From assembly GCA_013204025.1 (NCBI GenBank), contig JABMOW010000074.1, positions 1 to 30,085 of the forward strand: a DNA stretch of 30,085 nucleotides. The letters are read 5' to 3'. Below, one piece after another: positions 7,701-14,668 of the stretch. The notes beneath the pieces are model-generated. The model was not told the DNA's origin. It did no database searches and was given only the letters and a program-made list of their open reading frames with translations. The stretch's first letter is position 1, and each line of letters opens with the position of its first letter. A program made the position numbers and the translations under genes. This DNA comes from Fidelibacterota bacterium (GTDB lineage Bacteria > Fidelibacterota > Marinisomatia > SCGC-AAA003-L08 > JACNLC01).

Positions 7701-8741
7701 TTACTCCATTATTTTTACTAAAATCAAATTTTCAATTACTTTTTCCTTCGCAAGTGAAATATTATCATCATTTGAAGATTGTCTTATCGCTGCTGAATAA
7801 TTAATCAATGTACGATAGGCCATATTGATCTTGTTAAAGCTTTCTTTATCGCCATTTCTAGGATGCGCATCGGGATGAAATAATTTCGCTTTTTCCAGAT
7901 ACGCCTTTTTAATTTCTGATTCCGTTGTTTCATCCCCGAGTCTAAGCTCTATTATTGCCTGTAACACAATTTCCAGATTTAGCTCATTAACTTCAAGGGT
8001 GTAAAAACTATAACACGGTAGAGGTCCGACTAATTTGAAGTTCAACAAACCCTTGTATTCTTCATCAAGTTGGTCAACTATCTTTTCAAACAAACCCTGA
8101 TTGTTTATATTGATGAGAAACGCAGAGTTGGTTACCATTTCGTCATTCATTACTTGATGCGTTTTGATATCGAGACTGCATTGTGATAATGAATCCAGAA
8201 TATTGAATTCAGTTTTTGTGTTTTTTTCTTTTAATTTTGACTGAACCAACATCCCTATTTTCATCTGGTCAGCCTGCGAAAGTATATCTATTTTTTTCTG
8301 TATTTCATCTCTTAAAGATACGATTTCGGGATGTCCAGAAATTTCTTTAAGAATCTCCGGGAAATTGTCCCATGTGGCTGCCAAGTCAATTTCTGTCAGA
8401 TATTCAGTTTTCTTCAGAGTTGTGATAATTAATTCATAGCCATTGGCAAGTACTTTAATAACCTCTTGCTTTGATCCAACAACCGTATAAAACTTCATAG
8501 GGATAAGAGTGGAGGATCCTTTTAACTGGAGTGCTTCAATCGTTTTTTGATGATGAATCAATAAATACCCAAGCGACTTCTTGTTCAACTGATCAAGTTG
8601 GATATCCTCCGTGTCAGAGACTATAGCCAATATATTTTTAAAGCTGATGGTATAAAGCTCTGAATTTTCCAATAATCTTAACATATCCGTGTTGTGATTT
8701 TCCAACATAATACCGTAGATATAAATTTTATTTGTACTCAT
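7701..8741 (-). CDS. gvpF: GvpF/GvpL-family protein fused to a C-terminal DnaJ-type J-domain (HPD motif)
   Basis: The N-terminal ~255 aa are GvpF/L-like (KIYIYGIM..., ..KLVGPLPCYSFYTLEV). The C-terminal ~70 aa read ..SEIKKAYLEKAKLFHPDAHPRNGDKESFNKINMAYRTLINY, which has the helix II-HPD-helix III arrangement of a J-domain. Confidence 0.85.
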   Translation of the reverse strand: MSTNKIYIYGIMLENHNTDMLRLLENSELYTISFKNILAIVSDTEDIQLDQLNKKSLGYLLIHHQKTIEALQLKGSSTLIPMKFYTVVGSKQEVIKVLANGYELIITTLKKTEYLTEIDLAATWDNFPEILKEISGHPEIVSLRDEIQKKIDILSQADQMKIGMLVQSKLKEKNTKTEFNILDSLSQCSLDIKTHQVMNDEMVTNSAFLININNQGLFEKIVDQLDEEYKGLLNFKLVGPLPCYSFYTLEVNELNLEIVLQAIIELRLGDETTESEIKKAYLEKAKLFHPDAHPRNGDKESFNKINMAYRTLINYSAAIRQSSNDDNISLAKEKVIENLILVKIME

Positions 8742-8752
8742 GCGATGTGATC

Positions 8753-10906
8753 TTATTTCTTCTTTGCGTTTTGTGTTAATACCAGTTCGATCGCTTCTTC
8801 AAAATGTTTCGTCAGGATGATGATTTCTCCGGTAAGTTCAGATGACTTTCTACTTTCTTTTTCTATCAAAGCGCGAATTGCGAGCATGGCTGCTTTTTGG
8901 CAAATAAATTCGATATCTGATCCAGTTAAGCTATCTGTTTTCAGAGCTAGTTTTTTCAGATCTACTTTTTTATCAAGGGGTTTATTCTGGGTATGGATAC
9001 TGAATATTTTTTCCCTGGTAAATAAATCGGGCATAGGCAATTCAAAGATCAGATCGAACCTGCCACTTCTTAGTAAAGCCGGGTCAATTAAATCGATCCT
9101 ATTGGTTGCTGCCAGTACGATTACCCCTTTTAAGTCTTCAATGCCATCCATTTCAGTAAGGAACTGGCCGATCACACGTTCGATAACACCGGAACCGCCA
9201 TTATTGCGTCTGGGGGTAAGGCTGTCTATTTCGTCAAGGAACAAGATGCACGGTGATGCTTGTTTAGCCAATCTGAAGATCTCCCTTACTCCTTTTTCTG
9301 ATTCACCGATATAACGGCTCAAAATCTGTGGACCTTTTACGGAGATAAAATTAACTCCACTTTCACTTGCCAATGCTTTTGCAAGGTAGGTCTTACCTGT
9401 CCCGGGTTTTCCGTGAAGTATAATTCCTTTGGGTGGTTTGGTGGCGGTTTTTTTGAAAAGGTCGGCATATTTCAATGGCCATTCAACGGTTTCCATTAAA
9501 GCATTTTTGATGTCATCCAGACCACCAACATTTTCCCATTTAACATTGGGGATTTCCACAAATACTTCTCTGATGGCCGACGGTTCTACTTCTTTCATCG
9601 CATCAAGAAAATTATCCATGGTTACTTCAAGCGACATTAATAATTCGTATGGGATCTCTGCTATCTCGAAATTGATTTGAGGAAGTATTTTCCGCAAAGC
9701 AGTCATCGCAGCTTCGCGGGCTAAGGCTTCCAAATCCGCTCCCACAAAACCATGGGTGATTTCGGCCAGTTTTTCCATATCTACATCCATCGACAAGGGG
9801 ATACCCCGAGTATGGATATGAAGGATTTCCAGTCTGCCCTTTTTATCAGGAATGGAAATAGAAATTTCTCTATCGAACCGCCCAGGTCGTCTCAAAGCAG
9901 GATCTATGGAATTAGGAATATTGGTCGCGCCAATCACGATGACCTTACCCCTTGATTCCAGTCCGTCCATCAGCGACAACAGTTGAGCGACCACGCGTTT
10001 CTCCACCTGTTTCTCTCCGCCCATTTCTTCTCTCTTGGGCGCAATGGCATCAATTTCATCTATGAAAATAATGGAAGGCGCATGTGCCTGAGCCTCTTCA
10101 AAAATCTTACGGATTCTCCCTTCGCTCTCCCCATAAAATTTCCCCATGATCTCAGGGCCAGAAATGTTGATGAAATAGGCATCCGTTTCATGAGCCACAG
10201 CTCTAACGATGAGCGTTTTTCCGGTTCCCGGAGGACCATAAAGGAAAACTCCTTTGGGTGGCTGAACACCAAGTCGTTCGAAAATCTCAGGATATTTTAG
10301 CGGAAGTTCAATCATTTCTCTGATGCGTTGAACTTGGTTTCCAAGCCCCCCAATGTCCTCGTAGGAAACCTTACTTTTGCGTTTCCCGTCTTGCTTTGCC
10401 AATTCAAGCTGAATAATAGTATTTGGGTGTATTAATACAACGCCCTCGGGATTGATACCGGTTACAGTGTAATCAACTGAACGAGACCCAAACAGGACTG
10501 CTTTAATTCTATCGCCTTTTGTTACCGGAAGACCATTGATCAGCGAGCCAATGTACTTTGTGTCATCGGCTTTGTATAAAGAACCGGTTTTTGTATCAGA
10601 TTTGAGTTTTATTTTTGTCGCCTGGCGGCAAGTTGTTTTAATAATTTTTACTTTTTCATCGATCCCTGCCTGTGCATTTTCCCTGGTGATCCCGTCAATC
10701 TGAATGATACTCATATCTCTGTCATCAGGATAACATGGCATTATTCTTACAGGGGTAGCTCGTTTGCCTTCAATCACAACTACGTCGCCACTTTCCAAGC
10801 CGATCAATTTCATATCTTTTGGATCGATCCTGGCGATGGCTCTTCCAACATCCTTTACCAGGGCTTCTTTAACACGTAATATTATTTCATCTTTGATTTT
10901 TACCAT
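8753..10906 (-). CDS. cdc48: Cdc48/VCP/VAT-like double-ring AAA+ ATPase (N-domain plus D1 plus D2)
   Basis: The N-domain is Cdc48-like ([41 protein letters not shown]). There are two Walker A motifs ([16 protein letters not shown]) and two Walker B motifs ([20 protein letters not shown]). The protein is 717 aa. Confidence 0.9.
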   Translation of the reverse strand: MVKIKDEIILRVKEALVKDVGRAIARIDPKDMKLIGLESGDVVVIEGKRATPVRIMPCYPDDRDMSIIQIDGITRENAQAGIDEKVKIIKTTCRQATKIKLKSDTKTGSLYKADDTKYIGSLINGLPVTKGDRIKAVLFGSRSVDYTVTGINPEGVVLIHPNTIIQLELAKQDGKRKSKVSYEDIGGLGNQVQRIREMIELPLKYPEIFERLGVQPPKGVFLYGPPGTGKTLIVRAVAHETDAYFINISGPEIMGKFYGESEGRIRKIFEEAQAHAPSIIFIDEIDAIAPKREEMGGEKQVEKRVVAQLLSLMDGLESRGKVIVIGATNIPNSIDPALRRPGRFDREISISIPDKKGRLEILHIHTRGIPLSMDVDMEKLAEITHGFVGADLEALAREAAMTALRKILPQINFEIAEIPYELLMSLEVTMDNFLDAMKEVEPSAIREVFVEIPNVKWENVGGLDDIKNALMETVEWPLKYADLFKKTATKPPKGIILHGKPGTGKTYLAKALASESGVNFISVKGPQILSRYIGESEKGVREIFRLAKQASPCILFLDEIDSLTPRRNNGGSGVIERVIGQFLTEMDGIEDLKGVIVLAATNRIDLIDPALLRSGRFDLIFELPMPDLFTREKIFSIHTQNKPLDKKVDLKKLALKTDSLTGSDIEFICQKAAMLAIRALIEKESRKSSELTGEIIILTKHFEEAIELVLTQNAKKK

Positions 10907-10909
10907 GGT

Positions 10910-11830
10910 TTACGGTTTCTTTGGTTGATCTCCAAAAAGATACATACTCAATTTTTTCAATGCTTTCAGCCCTTTGATTTCTTCAGGAAACATGGGTACT
11001 TCAATCATATTCAAATTACTAAATATTTCACTAATCTGGCTCAAATATGGTAATTGGCTCGCCCTTCGCCTTTTACAAAAATCACAATCCTCAGAAACCA
11101 CTACATTGTTTACGATGATCTGTCTCGAAATGATTCCGGATTTACCAAGATCCGCTAATAGTCTGTCCGTTTCTATAATTGCCATCGCTTCGGGGATACA
11201 AACAGGGATAAATTCGCATTTGGAGTTATTTTTCAAGATGTTTTCGATCCTTTTAACCGTTTTTTTAAGGTTGAGTAAAAAGGTGTCTACCTTATCCTGC
11301 TTATATGAACCTGAAAAGCTGGTGACCATATAACGGTATTTCCATCTCATCTTGGCGGCAACTTTTATCCATGCATCCAATAATTTTGGAGATGAAATCA
11401 GTCGCAATGCGTGACCAGTGGGTGCGGTATCCACAACATATTTATCATACTCGCCTTCTTCAATAAAATCAATGATGGTTTTAAAACTCATCACCTCATC
11501 AATGCCGGGTATCGATAAGGTCAGCATCTCGTCGATGTCCTCATTGTCAAGATTTGTAGAAGTTTCCAGAAGTTTTTTAAGCTCGTTATGGTGTGCTGTT
11601 TTGAATACCGAAAGTGCCTCGTCAGCAACCACTTCTATAGCCGACAGGTTGTCTACACCATCAACCTTTACCACATTAAAACCAATTTGTTGTTCGAGAC
11701 AATCCGACACAGAATGAGCCGGATCGGTGGAGATGAGAAGCGTTCTGTGATTTTCAGACAACGCCAGCGCTGTGGTTAAAGCACAACTGGTTTTTCCAAC
11801 GCCACCCTTTCCTCCGAAAATGATGAGCTT
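10910..11830 (-). CDS. Get3/ArsA-family P-loop ATPase with a CxxC motif; the N-terminus and start codon are unresolved
   Basis: The ORF carries the ArsA/Get3 signature VVDTAPTGHALRL and a CDFC (CxxC) motif. The tracked ATG (11761) lies downstream of the P-loop. The frame stays open upstream to the TAG at 11882-11884 and encodes KLIIFGGKGGVGKTSCALTTALALSENHRT, but contains no ATG, GTG or TTG. The 5' end given here is therefore approximate. Confidence 0.8.
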   Translation of the reverse strand, partial: KLIIFGGKGGVGKTSCALTTALALSENHRTLLISTDPAHSVSDCLEQQIGFNVVKVDGVDNLSAIEVVADEALSVFKTAHHNELKKLLETSTNLDNEDIDEMLTLSIPGIDEVMSFKTIIDFIEEGEYDKYVVDTAPTGHALRLISSPKLLDAWIKVAAKMRWKYRYMVTSFSGSYKQDKVDTFLLNLKKTVKRIENILKNNSKCEFIPVCIPEAMAIIETDRLLADLGKSGIISRQIIVNNVVVSEDCDFCKRRRASQLPYLSQISEIFSNLNMIEVPMFPEEIKGLKALKKLSMYLFGDQPKKP

Positions 11831-11868
11831 TAGATCGTCGTTTCCTAATCCGGTAAGGGTCGTGTTTT

Positions 11869-12396
11869 TTATTTTGCTATCCTAATTTCAAGGATTCCAT
11901 TATTAAATTTGTGATTTAGGTTTTTACTTACGACTTTTACCGGAAGAAGCAGCTCTTTGCGGTATGTCCTATTATTGCTGACCGCCGAAATTTCAAGTAT
12001 ATCTTCTTTTAGGTCGATTTTAAGGTCAACTTCCTCTATTCCCGGCATTTCAGCAATGATGACGATCTCATTCTTTTCATCAAATATGTCGGTTATCGGC
12101 TCCCGTTCTTCATCCACTCTTGGTCCTTCGGGTGTTTTTTTTATGTTTCCGAAAGTCTCAACTTGTGGTTCACCTCCAACTGCCGTGTTGACGGTAAAGC
12201 CATAAATGCCTTTCATGCCTTTTTTGATATGATCAAAATTAATCTCACCTTCCTTGCTAATTCCCCCCTTTTCCTCGAGCTTCCCAGCAAGGTCAACTAA
12301 TTTTTCGATGCCTTTGAACAGACCGCCAAGTCCGAAAAGATCAGAATTGGCTTCGCCCTTTTTTTCTTTATTTTTTTCGTTTTCCATTTTAAACAT
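11869..12396 (-). CDS. gvpH: Hsp20/alpha-crystallin-domain protein (GvpH-like)
   Basis: The C-terminal alpha-crystallin domain reads ..ITDIFDEKNEIVIIAEMPGIEEVDLKIDLKEDILEISAV...YRKELLLPVKV....FNNGILEIRIAK. The N-terminus is Gly/Lys-rich. Confidence 0.75.
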   Translation of the reverse strand: MFKMENEKNKEKKGEANSDLFGLGGLFKGIEKLVDLAGKLEEKGGISKEGEINFDHIKKGMKGIYGFTVNTAVGGEPQVETFGNIKKTPEGPRVDEEREPITDIFDEKNEIVIIAEMPGIEEVDLKIDLKEDILEISAVSNNRTYRKELLLPVKVVSKNLNHKFNNGILEIRIAK

Positions 12397-12431
12397 GTTC
12401 CATTTTGTTAACAGATTTAAGGTTTTCTATA

Positions 12432-12731
12432 TTAAGATGGTTTACTGATAGTCTCAAGTTTTTCCAAGCGCGCCTCAATAGTTGACTGTTGCTGCATAAG
12501 CTCTTTTTCCCTGGCTTTCGTGGAAAGGTAGGTGTCTTCCTGCCACCAGTTAATCCCCATCTCCATGGCTTTATCCACCGAAGCCACCAGTAGCCTAATT
12601 TTAATGGTTAACAGGTCTATATCTGCTATCTGAATTTTTATATCACCAGCAATAACGATTCCTTTATCGAGAACTCTTTCAAGAATATCGGCAAGACCAG
12701 TGGCGTTAATTGAATGCATGGGTTCTGGCAT
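12432..12731 (-). CDS. gvpJ: GvpJ-like (GvpA family with a C-terminal extension)
   Basis: The GvpA-like core LADILERVLDKGIVIAGDIKIQIADIDLLTIKIRLLVASVDKAMEMG is followed by a ~35-aa charged, helical tail. Confidence 0.8.
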   Translation of the reverse strand: MPEPMHSINATGLADILERVLDKGIVIAGDIKIQIADIDLLTIKIRLLVASVDKAMEMGINWWQEDTYLSTKAREKELMQQQSTIEARLEKLETISKPS

Positions 12732-12748
12732 AGTGTATTCTTTTCTTG

Positions 12749-13063
12749 TTAATAATCTATCGACATAGTTTTAAAATCAGATTTCACTTCTTCCTGGTTC
12801 TTTTTATTTGACTTCTTAGTTTCAGGAATGCATATCTGTTTTGCTTTTTCGTTAGTAAATACTTGGATTTCCTTTAACCGGTTTTGAATAATCTCAAGTC
12901 TTTGTAAAATCCTGATCTCTTCACTTTGCAAACGGCTTCTTTCTTTTTCGAAGAGATACAGATTTATGAACTCTGAATCTTCCTTATTTGGAATACCGGA
13001 TTTGGCAGCATTTTTCATTGATTTAATGCTTTGAAGTCCTTTTATTGCACTTGAAATTGGCAT
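12749..13063 (-). CDS. Hypothetical coiled-coil protein inside the gvp operon
   Basis: A 104-aa ORF is tightly packed between gvpN and gvpJ. It is charged and helical (..EKERSRLQSEEIRILQRLEIIQNRLKEIQ..). No motif was recognised. Confidence 0.5.
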   Translation of the reverse strand: MPISSAIKGLQSIKSMKNAAKSGIPNKEDSEFINLYLFEKERSRLQSEEIRILQRLEIIQNRLKEIQVFTNEKAKQICIPETKKSNKKNQEEVKSDFKTMSIDY

Positions 13064-13075
13064 AATATTTCCGAT

Positions 13076-14020
13076 TTATTGAGGGTTTGATTTATTAGGT
13101 TTTAGAGTATTTTGATTTATTAATTCATCAACGATTAATTTCACCCTTTCCTGATTGGTTTTTGAGCCAATCCGGCTGGTTTCGGAAGTGAGAATATCCT
13201 GACAAATTTTTCGGAATAGATCTTTTGATTTTGATGGTGTTGTATTTAAAGTTGCCAGTGTTTTTGCAATCATGATGGAACCACGAATAGTCGGATCAAA
13301 TTCAGTTTTCCCTGACTCGCGTAAACCCCTGACAATTTTAACAATTATTTCAGTATCCTTTAGCGAAAGGTCGGATTTTGCCTTGGTAATCTGCAATTCG
13401 GTTTCAAAATCGAAATGATCGAGATCCATGGTAACCATCCTGTCGCGAAGAGCGTCCTGGGTTCGGTTAACCCCGGCATATTCTTCAGGATTTGACGTAA
13501 AGATTGCGCGAAATTCGGGATGCACCTTCATGTAATAATCCTCTTCGTTTGTAGCTGATGTACTCAGCATTCTCTCTTGAAGTATTGGTAGAAGGATATT
13601 ATTTGCTTCCGGGCGCGATCGGGTAAATTCGTCATAAATAAGGGTAAACCCGTTTTTAACAGCGATAGTCAAACGGTTATTCACCCACTGCTTTGACATA
13701 TTCTCTTCATACTTATGAACAGTATGAATAAACTTATCATCCAATTTTTTATATTTATACCCCTGTTCGCTACCAACTAAATCAGAAGTTTTATATTCGG
13801 CATCACCATGTATAATGACCGACGGTCTGCCTATTTTACTTGCCAGATGCATGGCGACTGTTGTTTTTCCGGTTCCCGATGGACCCCTGAAATGAACTGG
13901 GAATCCCGCTTTTATATAGGTTAGGCCACGGGCGGTAATGTCTTTTATATAATCAGTTTCTACAAAATTCGACATCGGTTTCAGCTCAAGTACGGTATTC
14001 ATTTCATTGTTATTGCTCAT
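13076..14020 (-). CDS. gvpN: Gas vesicle AAA+ ATPase GvpN
   Basis: The Walker A reads FRGPSGTGKTTVAMHLA. The size (314 aa) and single-AAA layout are typical of GvpN, and the genomic context fits. Confidence 0.9.
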   Translation of the reverse strand: MSNNNEMNTVLELKPMSNFVETDYIKDITARGLTYIKAGFPVHFRGPSGTGKTTVAMHLASKIGRPSVIIHGDAEYKTSDLVGSEQGYKYKKLDDKFIHTVHKYEENMSKQWVNNRLTIAVKNGFTLIYDEFTRSRPEANNILLPILQERMLSTSATNEEDYYMKVHPEFRAIFTSNPEEYAGVNRTQDALRDRMVTMDLDHFDFETELQITKAKSDLSLKDTEIIVKIVRGLRESGKTEFDPTIRGSIMIAKTLATLNTTPSKSKDLFRKICQDILTSETSRIGSKTNQERVKLIVDELINQNTLKPNKSNPQ

Positions 14021-14071
14021 GGTAGATGTTGTTGACCTCTTTCTTAGCAGGATATTATTTCTTGTTAATTA

Positions 14072-14260
14072 TTACATAAATTCTTGGTTGGACAATTGTT
14101 CAACTGTGCTTTTCCAGATGTCCCTTGCCTCTTCAATTTCTTTTGTTATCTGTTCCTTTGCAAGTAAATAAGCTTTTTTCTTGGCTTTAAACCGGATTAA
14201 TGCTTCTTGTCTTTTCAGTAAATTTTTCCTGATATTATTTACGGCATTATTCAATGTCAA
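14072..14260 (-). CDS. Hypothetical small helical protein (62 aa), translationally coupled to the zinc-finger gene
   Basis: There is a 4-nt ATGA overlap with the upstream ORF. The protein is basic and helical. No motif was recognised. Confidence 0.45.
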   Translation of the reverse strand: MTLNNAVNNIRKNLLKRQEALIRFKAKKKAYLLAKEQITKEIEEARDIWKSTVEQLSNQEFM

Positions 14261-14574
14261 TTACCTTTATATCCCTTACCACTACAACGTGTACAGGGCA
14301 AGCCATCGCTCTCTTTTCCATTTCCTTTGCATTTCGTACATTTTGTATTGCTCTCACAATTATTGCTCCCTTTCCCCCGACAAACTATGCACGGAACCCT
14401 GGCTCCAAGCGGGTTTCTGCCTGTACCCAAACAAAAAACGCATGTAACTGTCGACTCCCCTGCTTCAACCTGTCTTGTACCATCACAAACCAGACAAACT
14501 GACATCGGCGACAGTAAATCGAAAGGGTCTTTTCCGGTTCCACTACAATATGCGCATTTGATTACTTTTTTCAT
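14257..14574 (-). CDS. Stand-alone DnaJ-type cysteine-rich zinc-finger protein (6x CxxCxGxG)
   Basis: Six repeats are present: CAYCSGTG, CLVCDGTR, CVFCLGTG, CIVCRGKG, CTKCKGNG and CTRCSGKG. The protein has no J-domain and no other domain. Confidence 0.8.
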   Translation of the reverse strand: MKKVIKCAYCSGTGKDPFDLLSPMSVCLVCDGTRQVEAGESTVTCVFCLGTGRNPLGARVPCIVCRGKGSNNCESNTKCTKCKGNGKESDGLPCTRCSGKGYKGN

Positions 14575-14668
14575 GGTTTATGCTTTTTTCATAGTTTATA
14601 TATTTGAATGGATGGAAATTGCGGAGCCGATGTAACCAGTTTCATCGACTCCGCTTATGACCTGAATA

